Position numbers and translations under genes: made by a program | Notes under the pieces: model-generated | What the model saw: the letters and a program-made list of their open reading frames with translations, nothing else | Told to the model about the DNA's origin: nothing | Database searches by the model: none | Assembly: GCA_050575255.1 (NCBI GenBank) | Contig: JBNZDD010013510.1 | Location: forward strand, 722,384-786,383 | Origin: Harriotta raleighana | Lineage: Eukaryota | Reading direction: 5' to 3' | DNA: 64,000 bases | Shown: piece by piece, positions 39,652 to 52,337 of the stretch | How positions within the stretch are numbered: position 1 is the first letter of the stretch | Layout: every line of letters starts with the position of its first letter

Positions 39652-39792
39652 AACAACAACAACAACAAAATTACACTTGTAGAGCGCCTTTCACGTCGAG
39701 AGGACGTGCCAAGCTGCTGATCAGTCAGGTCGCGACCCGAGTGGGTGGGGGGGGCGGGGGTTGGGGATAGAGTAAGAAAACATAGGATGGGG
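39652..39792 (-). mobile_element. L2 3' tail
   Basis: (AAC)n AAAATTACACTTGTAGAGCGCCTTTCACGTCGAGAGGACGT...GACCCGAG followed by a G-rich tract; reverse complement of the 36401 tail. Confidence 0.85.
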
Positions 39793-41749
39793 AACAACAT
39801 TCAGTTCTTAAACAATGCAGATGATGTTGATCTAAGCAGGCTATTTGATTTGCATCATGTGAATAAAATTAAAGAGCAGAGTTTGAACTTAACAAGCTTA
39901 GAGGGCATTTCCTATATAGTCCTGGATATGTGGAACACAAGAAAGCTTCAGAGCAGTATTAAAAGATCAGGTTTTGACTTGAAATCAGGATCAACTCGTA
40001 TTGCGATGCAATGATTTCTATGCTGCCAGCAAATGGAGAGGAATGCTACCTGGAGGGAAGGAATCCTGGGTTCAGCAATAGATGAATATTTTGAAACTCT
40101 AAAGTTTTTTTTTTGCGCTTTGATCCTGTCCTCACCCCACAGAGGAGTTTTCCAATCAGTACAACTGGATATTGATTCAGAGCTGTANTGCGCTTTGATC
40201 CTGTCCTCACCCCACATTTACACAGAGGAGTTTTCCAATCAGTACAACTGGATATTGATTCAGAGCTGTAACATTGACTGAATTTCCCCTTGCTAGAGGT
40301 ATGGGAGGGAGGGGAGGTGGGAGACTGGAAGAGAGAAAGAGATTGCAGCATCAGAGGATATCGAGTAGATTAACACAGACTGTGGACCAAATCTGAGATA
40401 AACCATGTTTTTCACAGTTCAGGTTCACAAATGTCAATGGTTTTGCAAGATAAGCCTTCAGAGAAGCCTGTTTAACTTTCGAAACTTTCTATAAACTAAT
40501 GGTAATACTTGAGAGTCATTATTCATCTTAAATAATGATAAAGTGTAAATAATAATTCCGCACTCTGGAGACAAGGTGTGCCCAACATTGAACACAGAGG
40601 AAAAAATCACTGTTGAGGTAGACTGGAGCCAAATTTATTTTCCAGTTAATATCGACCCTTTGTCCACTTTAATAATGTGTCTTACAGTCTAATAATCTAT
40701 GATTTCAGATGAAATTGTTTAATTGATCACTGTGGATTTGGGTCATTCAACAGACTCTTGACTAAAAGGTATCTCGTTATATGATCAGTGGGCGCAAACA
40801 GCAAACTCAATATCCTCTTAATGGGAAACCTTTCTCAGTGTGGGAGAAAGCTTCCACTTGCAACTTCCTCCGCCAAATATTAAGGTGATTCCGGAGGCAG
40901 CCTTTTGTAAATGGAACTTTGTCCAGTGTTAGGCGCTGCTAGTTAGACCTGTGACAATTTATATCAGCAAAGGTAAATTTTATAACAAAGGTCTGATTTA
41001 TTGAATTCAAAGCCATGTTTGTGAAGCTAGTGAGCTGTTCAGAGATTACTTTATCTCAAAATTTAGAGAATTCTTAAGTACAGTCAGAAATGCCTTTGTT
41101 TGATCCCTGAGGAGGTGTCTGTCAGGTTTGTTTGGACACACATCAAATTCACAAAATTGATTACATGCCTCAAACTTTTTGAAATTGCAAAATTCTCACA
41201 GGATTAATGGTTGTTCCATTCTAATGTCAAATTGCAATTTGCTACATTATTATGGCATCAATCCAACCACTTTTGTATTAGGGAAACTAATCAGTTTATT
41301 CTACGGTCTTTGAGTCCATAAACATGCTGTTTGTTCACCTGGTGAGCCTGAAAGTTAGCCAGTACGGTAAGCTACCCATATTCCTGACATTGGGTGTATG
41401 TTAACTGGATTGAGTTTAAGGCTGTGTTACATTATAAATTTATGCTGTGGACTTTTTTAAAAAAAAACAAATCTTTTTTGACGGCTATTAAGGATTACTA
41501 TATTGACTGGATTTTTGCAGGACTGTCTTTAAGTGTTTTTTTTGCTCAGAGTTGTGAATTAATATATTCAAATATTCTTCCTTTAAATAAAAGTGTCTTT
41601 ACATCTGCTGGACTTCTCTTTTGGTGGATTGCTTACNCTTTAAGTGTTTTTTCTGCTCAGAGTTGTGAATTAATATATTCAAATATTCTTCCTTTAAATA
41701 AAAGTGTCTTTACATCTGCTGGACTTCTCTTTTGGTGGATTGCTTACTC

Positions 41750-42215
41750 ATAATAAATAAATAATAATAATAATAATCCTTACATTTATATAGCGCTTTC
41801 CACATCTCATTGACGTCTCAAAGCGCTTCACAGAATACAACGATGTACCAAAGTAGGGACCCGAGCAGGATGGGGGCGAGAGGAAGGGCTGGGGAGGGAA
41901 GGGGTAGAGGTAGGGAAAAGAAAAGAGGGAAGAAGGGGGGAAAAGAGGTAGGGATCAGAGGAAGGGGGGAAAGGTCATGGTAGGGGGAAGGAGAGTAGGA
42001 AAAATGACTGTATATTTGTGGGTGGAACGCGGCAGCCAAATTGCACACAGCAGTGTCCTACAAACAGCCGTGGAAGTGGGGCTAGGGACAAAAGGGGGGA
42101 AAGAGGGTAAGGGGAGGGGTTAGGGTAGGGGGAAGAGAGCAGGAAAACCGACTGTATATTTGTGGGCGAAACGCGGCAGCCAAATTACACACAGCAGTGT
42201 CCCACAAACATTTGC
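41750..42215 (-). mobile_element. chimeric SINE-tail / L2-3'UTR-like element with duplicated core
   Basis: SINE tail with (TAA)n, then the L2-type GGACCCGAGCAGG motif and purine tracts, plus two copies of GACTGTATATTTGTGGG...GCGGCAGCCAAATT...CAGCAGTGTCC. Confidence 0.75.
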
Positions 42216-42819
42216 GGAAATGGGGCAGTCCGCACTTCATTGCTTAATCTCTTGGGCGAAACGTAGAATGGGTGCCCCTTGTTATCTCAACAAAAATGAC
42301 CTTGAGACTAATTCAAGCCACATGAGCACCAAACCTTGTCAATTGACTTCATCAAAACATTTTTCAATTTAATATGTGTCTTGCTGTCAACAGTTGCATC
42401 CAAGCTGTCGGAAGATGAAGTATTTCAGCAACATTTCTGTAGCAGTAATAGCGATGAAAAAAACAAATTGAACTGTTAATATTGGATGTTTCTGTCTTTA
42501 GAAAAAAAAACTTCCTCTTTCACTTCAGAGTTTGTTCTGTCTGACAGTCATATCATATCCCACGTTGGAGTTTGAAGGAATTTGATATGTAAGATTTTCA
42601 TTTTTATTTTTATGGAAAATGAGAAGACAACTCTGAATTAATTGTGAATTACAATATTTTCTTAGATTTCAAATAACCAGAAGGCAGGGAGTCACTGGTG
42701 CTTGGCTGGGGCAAGTTTACAAAAGGTATCTAGATTAGAGAAGTGGCTCATATTGAGAATAGCCTGCGCTGTGACGCTAATTAAAAGATAGAAGTATGTT
42801 TGCTCATCAAGTGATTGAG

Positions 42820-43420
42820 TTCTCCTCAATCTTTTTTTTTGCATGAAAACAAGTTCAGCTCTGCCACTTCTCACAACTGAGTCCTAACTCCCATCCTCGT
42901 TGTTCTTATTCCAGCCCTTTACAGTGTTACAAATTCCTTTTGAAAGCAGGGTGCCCAATATGAAACACAATATTTTAAATGTGAGTTCCTCTGCCAGGTT
43001 AAAATATCACTCCCAGTTGACTGCCCAAAACAGTTCAAATTCAAATATTTAATTGTTGTATATTGAGAATGCAAATACATCATATCTGCTTGATAGACCT
43101 CATTCACTAATTTAGTCACTTCCTCACAGAATTTCAGTAGATACATGTGGCATGAACTATTGCTTCTAAATCCATTTGACTCCATCTGCGCTTTTTAGAT
43201 AAAAACTGATAAAGCTCTCAAATTTTCCATGCAACAGATGTTAGGCTCACTGTTCTATCCATCCACAGTTAAGATCAAGATCATATTTGCCATCTTTCAG
43301 TCCTTGAGGACAAGGTCAGTGTTTATGCAAAACACCCAAAAATGTTAACCAGAGGCTTATCTATTTCTGCTTAGGTTTTGCCCATTTGCCCAGGAGACAT
43401 TAAATTATTTTCATTTCTTA
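42820..43420 (-). pseudogene. old CR1 reverse transcriptase remnant, internally deleted
   Basis: ORF 42919-43185 contains NGFRSNSSCHMYLLKFCEEVTKLVNE...DMMYL (cf. QHGF...SCLTNLLEFFEEVT...DVVYLDF) fused to HLKYCVSYWAP (cf. HLEYCVQFWSP). Confidence 0.8.
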
Positions 43421-43427
43421 ATAACGT

Positions 43428-43912
43428 ACTTTACAGCACAAAAGGAGGCCATTCAGCCCATCGAGTCTGTGCCGGCTTTTTAAAAAGAGCAATTTAATCC
43501 CACTCCCCAGCTCTCTCCAAATAACCTCGCAAACCCTTCCTCCCCAAGTAAATGTCTACCTCTCTTTAAAAGTTGTTATTGAATCTGCCTCCACCACCTT
43601 TTCAGGCAATGCATTCCAGATTTGAACAACTCGCTGAGTGAAAAAATTTCTCCTCACCTCCCCTCTGCTTCTTTTTGAAACTATTTTAAATCTGTGACCG
43701 TGAGTCACTGATACGCCCACCAGTGGAAACAATTTTTCCCTATCTACTCTGTCGAATCCCCTCACGATCTTAAAAACCTCTATTAGGTCTCCATGCAACC
43801 TTCTCTATTCCAATGAGAATAAACCTAGCCTCTCCAGCCTTTCCTCAGAGCTACCAGGTACCATTCCTGGTACCATCCTGATAAATCTCCTCTGCACCCT
43901 TTCCAATGCCTT
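43428..43912 (-). mobile_element. younger CR1 LINE 3' end (ORF2 C-terminus and 3'UTR)
   Basis: GDLIEVFKIVRGFDRVDREKLFPL...THGHRFK...RRNFFTQRVVQIWNALPEKVVEADSITTFK; tail GATGGGCTGAATGGCCTCCT. Confidence 0.95.
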
Positions 43913-45039
43913 AATATTGAGCATCTATATCTGACAAAAATCCTGAAGTCAAAATAACTCAAATCTCAAATGTAATTACTTGACTCACACATAATGTGGA
44001 ACTCTTTCCAACTTCCCCCTAAAATGACACAACTGATCTTTAACACACTATCTCATGTTAGCACAGCTTAACAGATCTGTGGTAGTGAATCATTTTATTT
44101 TCCTCAATTTCCTGTTCCACTTATTCCTTTCTGGAGCTCTGCCCTGGCTCTGTAGTTTGTATTTGACTATCCATTATTGGTTTGTTTTTAACATTATACA
44201 GTATCCTATCTAACTGTACAATGATCACTGTCTACAATTGCTGACAAGCTTCCATCCTGTGCTGCTTGCAAACTACCAGAGGTTTTGTCAACACAACTGC
44301 ATTTACATATTTTTTTCCCCTGAAAACGAGCAAACGCGTTTGAATTTTATTCATATTTCCGCATTAAATTAATTTTTAAATGCTGGCAGAATGTCGATTT
44401 TGAACTGCGGAATTCTGGCTTGTGGGATGCTCTTCTTGAAGCATTTTATTGCTTTGTTCTCTGAATGGCAATTAATGGGAGCAGGCTTAGTTCGAGTGCT
44501 CTGTCGATTTGCAGGAATATTGATTGTATAAAAACCAATGGTAGAATGAGCCCATATCTCAAAACAGATTAATGAGTGTTGAAAGCATTGGCTTGCTACA
44601 AATCTGAATTTAAGTTTATGAATCATCTTGTCATGATCAGCAAGTGATATTGTAACTGGGCCAACGTGAAGCAACTCCTGGCAGTGGTGGGTTTCCTCGA
44701 ATGTCAGCTACCCAACTAACCATTTCCATTATGGTTATATAGATTGCAAGTGATGTCGTGATGATGTAACATTGATCTCTGTATCTTGTGTAGAATTTAA
44801 AAAATGCTGTTTTTAATCCTGTGCCTTTTAAACAGCAAGTATTAAACCTGGCTGCCCTTCAATCACTCCACACTGAGCTTGTTGGTTGCTAGGCAATTAT
44901 GTCCTGATGCATTTCTCAGTTACTTCAGATAATGATGATGACAAATATTCCACCTATGAAATTGTTGTGACTGTTGAAACTCCATCCCAGAGTCCCTCTG
45001 GTTTGCACCCTCCAACCACACAGTCAAAGCCTGTCTCAA

Positions 45040-45200
45040 GCCTTGCATTTTTGACCATCCTTTCCCTTCCTCACCCTCTTCAGCTCTCACTCTCCCTCAC
45101 CATCCATTCCACCACCTCCCTCCCTAGTTTTACACCAGTACCCCAGCCAATGTAAAACACTTTGAGACATCCTCCCAACATGAAAGACGCTATATAACTA
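45040..45200 (+). mobile_element. degraded L2 3'UTR and tail
   Basis: Pyrimidine tract followed by TGTAAAACACTTTGAGACATCCTCCCAACATGAAAGACGCTATATAA. Confidence 0.65.
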
Positions 45201-46273
45201 TACTGGATGTATGGTGGATATCAGACAAAATCTATTTGGGGGCAGTTTGGAGGAAGAGATGGTGGGCGAGCATGTGTGACAACGGGTTTTGGTCAGTTTT
45301 GACTGGAGGTACGCTGCTTGATTGAACAGTTCAATCATCTGCCACCATTAATGCACTCTGCCTTTTTATTATTTTTGCAGAGGAAGAGCAATGTATCTTG
45401 TGGGAGGCGTCTGAGTTTTCTGCATCTGAAGATAAGAACATATCCTAGGAATAAAAGGTAAAGCTTATTCTCGGGGGGAAGCTCTGAGAGTAAAATTTGG
45501 GCGGGTTCTATGTTTTTTTTCCGCTGAATTAACAATGCTCTACAGTCTCCCTGGAACTGCTGTTAATGACCGAACGTACAGTTTCCATTGATGGACCTTT
45601 TTTAATAGGCTCATTTTTGGGGGAAAAAAAGCAATGGAACTCTTGACAGCTATAAAAACATGAATGCATTGTAGCTGCAGCCTTTGTTGTTAAATGTTAG
45701 CCCAAATCCAAGTTGGGAGTTAAAAGACATGATCGTAAATGTTGCAGAGTATTTTTTGAATGCCAGTCCCTGTTGTTTCTCTTAACACCACCGTGAGCCC
45801 AGATCCCTGAAGTGCTTGCTGGCGGAATGGGGTGAGGAAAAAAAGGATAGGGGAAAAAAGGAGAACTTGGCATCTTTCCTCCTTGCTTTCTTACACTAAG
45901 CAGTTATTCCACAGCACAGAGTGATGTATGATGCGGGGAATGGAGGGTCGAAAACATAAAGGCAATGTTTGTGCTTATTTCCACCTAGCAATGAATTCTA
46001 TGAAGTATAGCAATTGATGTTGTCCTGGTGTCTTCTTGCATGGGAAGCCTATATGTTAGTACTGCCTCACAACCTAAATGCAAGGGACGTGAACAATGTT
46101 GCACTTAAGAGCTAAACTCTCTCTTGATGCTGATGTCTTCCTTGGCAACATGACGATTTTCATTGCAGGCAGTGAGGCGATATGAACTGCAACTTTCAAC
46201 ATTTGTTTAGTTTTTCCTTATCAGCTACATGTACGTGATTAAATGTTGTTTTACGTTCCTTCTCATAAATGAT

Positions 46274-46500
46274 AACAACTTGCATTTAAATATGAGCCCG
46301 AATCTTGGATAATTCCTCAGAATGCTTTGCATTGCTGGGGATGGACACTGAGCAAGTAGCAAAGGGGAGATGAGCATTGGTTCAGTTGAAGAGATAGGTT
46401 TTCAGGTGGGATTTAAATATACAGTAGAGAGAGAAAGAGCGAGATGGAGGGACAGAGGCAGGGAATATCCAGGTTGCGGGTTGTTGTGGTAGAAGGCTCA
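46274..46500 (-). mobile_element. old L2 3' end
   Basis: Minus strand encodes SLPLSLHLALSL...FKSHLKTYLFN, the L2 ORF2 C-terminal motif, followed by the tail. Confidence 0.7.
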
Positions 46501-49500
46501 AAACAACAAGATAAAGGGGGAATAATAGTACAAAAGAACCAGGTGGTTGTTTTCTTTTGAAGTAATGAGATTGACATTCAGGCCTGATAGAAAAAGGGAT
46601 ACTGCAGCTTAAGTTGTTATTAATTTGCAGAACACTCTATGTTTCTGCAAGATTAAGGGGTGAATTTGGATTTGAGCCATTTCTTCTTGAAAACTCTTAA
46701 ATTGTTGCATTTTGTAAAAAATTTACAAGAGGCTTTGGCCGGGACAAAATGCAGTGAATTGATTCTAAAGATGCTTAATAGGCTTTTGCTGTCTCGGTTG
46801 GATGGTTGATGCAATAACATTAATAGGTTAGAATAGCTTAAGCTGTTAGCCACACACACACATGCACAGAGTATATGTGGAGTGCAGCCCTCAGAGCTGA
46901 ACCTGAATGGCTCAAATGAGTCAAAGGTGCCAGTAGAAAATTGGAGTCAGCTGGGATATCTCAAACAACAGATGCTTGACACTTTGAAGAGTGGGTTCTT
47001 TGTGCACTCTGAAAGCTTTTCTGGCAGTCTTTGCGAGGGCCCTCTCCAAGATCCTGAATTAGTAAGTAACTGTAGAATGTGTAACAGCGACACACTGCTG
47101 ATTTTGGGTGTGGGGGAGGTAAAGAGAGCGCTTGGTGTAAAATAGTACTTTTTGGAACTTGACAAATACAAGAATCGAAGGGTGCTGTTCAAATAAGAAG
47201 AGTAGAATTAAAACCAGTTTCAGTAGAGTACAGCAAGATCTCAGACAGTAAAACAGTGAATAAATTTCTCTGCCTGACCAGAATTCAACCAGAAAGTAGA
47301 CTTTTTAATGTAAATCACATGTTCTCTGAAGCTTCCCTGAACCACACCAGCTAAGTGAAGTTTGCTGCTATTTTCCAATGTCTCTCTGTGGGAATTTAGC
47401 CAGACATAATTTGAGCTGCATGTTTGAGTATAAACGTGTAGTTTTTATGTTAAACGTGGATAGTAACACAGCTTTCATGTCTGGAGAAGATGCAGCTATA
47501 GTGTGTGTGTTTGTGATTGTATGTTTGTGTAAATATTCTAAAGTTGTACTCCCATTGATGCTTGGTGAGTTTCAGACTTTTTCCTCTTCTTTTCCATCGG
47601 TAAAGCACAGCAATCCTTAGCCAACAATGATCTAATAACAACAACAAAATAAAATTTCTGGCGCGCCTTTCACGTCTAAGAGAATGGCGGAAGAGGTTCA
47701 ATGGGCTGAACGGCCTATGGTTCTGTATCCACACACTTGATTCAGAAGCAGCCCTTAGAGAAATCAATCCTCCAGTTTTTTATTCATCTCTCCTTGGAGG
47801 AAGCAGTTAACATCAGCTCAGGGTGTCATTCCTTGACTGTGAAGGCCAAGATCAGAAGCATGGAAAATGGGAACAAGACCCTGTGTTTTATCGCCATAAT
47901 TTAGTACAGTCACTTCATCTAGCTGGACAGTCACTTCACTTGCTCTGATGATCAAATCACTTTGTCAGATTTCATTTGTGCTGGTGATACAGAGCATGCA
48001 AATCAATGATCCTGTGAGGGGAATTGAGATTCAGTGTACAAGCTGGTTGTTTAACCTAGACTCTTAAGCACAATTACTGGAAGATATTAATGTGCATTCC
48101 ATTCCAAATATGGGCAAAATTACTTGCAGAGATGACCAAAATAAGACAAATAAGACAAATAAAAACTGTCTTCTGTTTAATTTACCATCTTCACAAAAGT
48201 GTACCTAGTTTGAAGTTATGCTGGGATACATAACATTTTTAATAATCTGTGTAAAGAAATGGTTTGATGCACTAAATACCCTTTACTCAATCTGAATTAT
48301 TTAAGTGCAGCGTACAAATTGCACAGATCACAGGATAGTTCGGATGAAGAAAGCCCTTTGTCTATCTCCCCAAATAACTATCCTACCATCTTCCCATCAC
48401 AGGATCAAGCCTTTTCATTAAAAAGAATTCAACATCCTGCCTCAGCCAGCCTTCCTGGCTGCCAGTTCCAGTCATTTTGCAGAATAATCAGAAATTTCTC
48501 AAAAGATGGTTTAAAAATGCAATCTAACTCATTAAAATTCAGCTCTGAGTGAAATACCATTTTTAAATTACAAGAAGAAGAATAAAAATGACCCTAGGTA
48601 TAACTTGCACAGCTCAAAATGAAAGAGAAGGGAATTAGCATTAGAAGAGTTAGCAGCAATAGATTAAGAAGTTGTGATGGATGGGCTGAATGGCTTTTGT
48701 GTTACAATTTTATGATTCTACTATCTTTCTCTGTTATCTCTATTCAGAGCGCCTTTGGGATATAAACCCATTGCCAGTTATTTTGATGTCCGTCCCAGAA
48801 CAATCATTACAAGTGGAGCCTGTATAAACTATCAGGATACCAATCTAGACAAATATTTGATATAACTCAAAATTAATACCCAAGACACAATATGAGTTAC
48901 TTTATCACCACATTTTGTGGATCATTTTGACAACCTCGAGGTTTTGACAACCATCAAATCTCTTCATGCCTTGTACCTCCCTATCTCTCAGATGTTTGAT
49001 TGTGGTATTTTGAATGGTTCATACTTCATTAGTGCACGGTGGGAAGAAACTTGTGAAACAAGTTCATCATAGAATTGTGTGGGATTTAGGTTTTATCAAA
49101 ATGCATCTTTTCCTTGTATTTTCTTCTATTTCTGCTCTTTCTCCTCAGGGCAGGATGAAAAATACAATCCTGGATCCTAACCTAATCTAATTAACCCGTT
49201 ATAAAGAAAACCATCTCAATTCAGTAAGGATTCTGCCTATCTTACATGAAATTAATGAACCCACACTTGAAGTGCTGAGTTCAAACTTATAAGACATTGA
49301 TAGCTGAGTACTGTACTACAGCACTGGCACAAACCTTTCAGCAGTGCCCTCATCTCCCTAGAGAAGGATAAAGAGTTTTTAGGTGAACACTGGGTCACTA
49401 TGAGACATCTCTCAAAGATACAAATAAGGCAGTAGAAGCTGTCTATTGTGAATCTGCATTGAGTTTCAGGCCCCTGTAGAGAGAAAAGCTTTGTAATTCT

Positions 49501-50399
49501 GTGATTTTTTAAAATTAAAAACATCACTCACAGTCATTAGGACTTTTGGCAAATTTGAATTTCTCAAGATTCGAGGCAATGAATTTTCCATTCCAAATTA
49601 CGTCAGGCTGAGTACGATAAATATCTATTTCATACATTCCATACACGTCACACAACCCTTGCTGTAGTTGTTACTGTATGATTTAAGATGGTCTCTACCA
49701 AGTCTCAGATGTCGCTGTGACTTTTCAGATGAAATTGATAGCAAAAAGGAAAGAACTTGCATGCATGTAAGGATATCACACGATTTCAGGCCCATCCAGC
49801 TGCCAAATCTCAGAAATCAATACCATTCAGAAAGTTGACTAAAGTGTAAATCTGACTGCACATGTCTTTTTTTTCTAAAGAGCACATCAAAAATGTTGCT
49901 GGCGAGCTGGGCATGCTGGAAAGGGAGCTGAAATAGAGCTCTTCTAATGCTACTTTTAATTTGTGATTGAGAGATTGATGCACGAAAAAAAGAAACTGTA
50001 TCCCATGCTGTGGTCCAAGGAGATTTTTTTTAATAGTTTTATTTCCTTGATTGATTCAATCAATCAACAGCCTCTAAACGCAAAGGGCAAACGCATCTGT
50101 TCAGAAATGTACACCGGAGCAGATTTAGCTAATTTTTCTGACTCATATCGTCGATCACCTGCTGCCAAATCGATGAAATTGATAGCAATTTCTGCCAACA
50201 GACTGCCAACAATATGAGCCTAGTATAAGTTGCATGGTTAACACCTCACAAAGCTCAGTGTTATGTGATTGAAGGTACTGGTAGCAGAAGCAACTGTATT
50301 GGGAATGGGAAGAGTTGGGTGATAATATTTGGACAGTGTCTGCACTGGATGATCTTCCTATCTATATGTTCAAAGGGCAGTGGAAAACAAGTGGGTATC

Positions 50400-50724
50400 A
50401 ATAATAAGAATAATAATCCTTGCATTTGATATAGCGCTTTTCACATCTTATCGATATCCCAAAGTGCTTCACAGAATATACTGTAAAGTGAATTGACTGT
50501 ATATTTGTTTGTGGGCAGAACGCGGCAGTCAATTGCGCACAACAGTGTCCCACAAACAGTCATGGGTTGAAATGACCAATTAAATTTTTTTTTTTTTAGA
50601 GGGATTATTATTAGGCATGTGGAGTAAGGAAACTTGCCCAAGGTTTCGCCCTGATCTGCCTGGATTCGAACACAGGTCTCACACTTGTAAGGCGAGTGCT
50701 CTAACCACTGAGCCACAGGAGCTC
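50400..50724 (-). mobile_element. full-length young tRNA-derived SINE
   Basis: Reverse complement of GAGCTCCTGTGGCTCAGTGGTTAGAGCACTCGCCTTACAAG...GTTCGAATCCAGGCAGATCAGGGCGAAACC...tail; very similar to the 19114 copy. Confidence 0.95.
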
Positions 50725-51901
50725 TATGGACTCGAGCAGTTTTAGTGAAGCACGGCTTAGCTCAGAGATGGGATTGTTCAAAAAGAGAGCTCCATATTGA
50801 AGCTGGTCAGGGTGTAGCATGGGACTGCCTGCTGGATGGTGATGGACAAGACTAAATGATTGATTTTTCAGTCAGCACCAGAATAAACATTCTGTGAAAC
50901 AAGTGGCAAGAGACGCTTTGAAATTAATTTAGTTTGTGCGTCCTATCTCACTCTCAATGCAGTCAGACCCCGCAAGGCAATTGTTAAACTGAGCTTGTTT
51001 CCAAGAGAAATTGTAGGAGGGGGAAAAAGACTCTTGGAGGGTTTTATTACATGGGACGTCTGCATTGTAGAGATAATAAAGAAGATAAATTAGAAATTCA
51101 TTTGGGAGTGTTCATTTTCCATGCAGTCAAGTGGAGGGTGAAACAAGCCTTGACCAATTTAAGGGCTGTTAAATGCTCGTACAAGTAACAGTTTTAACGT
51201 TATACAGCTGGATCGTGTTTGAGACTTCTGGCAGCCTTGTCACTTTCAGCTATAAATGTCAATAAATATTTGCATATATAGTAGTCAACCACTTAACAAA
51301 ACAATGTAACTGTGCTCAGCAGTATTAGTGACATGGATATAAATCCAGCCGGAAAGTACACTTCGCTTCTTGAATTATTTACCAGGAGATGAAGGAGGCG
51401 ATTTCAGGATAGTATTGCTACAATTTATTAAGTAGGTACCATTATTGGAAGGTAAGCAGTATGACATGAGTGATTTAAAGCTTTTCACTGATATGAAAGC
51501 CAGGTCATTGTGCCTGAATGGGACTATCGGACTGTGGTCAATCAACAGCACAATAACACTGTGAGGTTCAGAAATACAAAACCCACTTGAATTATCCCAA
51601 CTCCCCATACCTCCACCCCTCCAGAGATCCTGGTTGGTGTTATGGATGCATTACACCCATCAGTTATTAATCGCCTTCTCCTACCACATTACTGTTCCAT
51701 TGATTTGACATTACCACTGGAAGATTCTAGTGAATATTGAAATTAAAATAGATCAGTGAGACAGGCTTGGTCATAGCTAAGGAGCAAGACTATGCACCAG
51801 TTCGATGACTTTGTGTTTCAACATGAAGATGATGCTTGATGTGTTTAACCTAGCCAAGCTTCTTTTGGGAGCAAAAATGATGTGTATAGTACTATCATAT
51901 A

Positions 51902-52337
51902 CAGTAAAATCCTGTTTATCTGGCACCCACGGGCCTTGGCCAGTGGCAGTTAAACGGTTTTCCGGTTGAACGTTTTAAAAAAAAAAAAAAAATTACAAAC
52001 TATTTTAACACATGCCATATTAATAAAAGACTAAATAATAACAGAATATTGTATTAGTACTTTGTTATTTATACTTAACTTCGGAATGGCAGCCCTCACC
52101 TGATGGAGGTAAAAAAAAATGCAACTTTTAAAAGGAGCAGGAGCAAGTTTAGACTTGACTAGCAGCCAGCCAAAATACTTGCACCAGTACTCGCATGCGC
52201 CAATCGATTCATTAAATGCGTCATCACTATTCTGCCGGATAATTTCCGGTTTATCAAATTGGGACTTTGTTCTTTGAGGTTCTGGTTCACCGGGGTTTCT
52301 GGTTCATCGAGTCACGGATAAACGTTTTTTTTTACTG
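51902..52337. mobile_element. Tigger/pogo-type MITE (copy 2, inverted relative to 30487-30932)
   Basis: TA|CAGTAAAATCCTGTTTATC ... GGATAAACGTTTTTTTTTACTG|TA; TA target-site duplication intact on both sides. Confidence 0.92.

Noticed and set aside
40115-40270. Direct repeats around Ns as CRISPR-like or genuine tandem arrays
   Set aside because: Only two copies each, always centred on an N, with no spacer periodicity; assembly overlap explains them.
48925-48952. TTTTGACAACC direct repeat around the palindrome AACCTCGAGGTT
   Set aside because: Too short to distinguish from a local duplication or repair scar.
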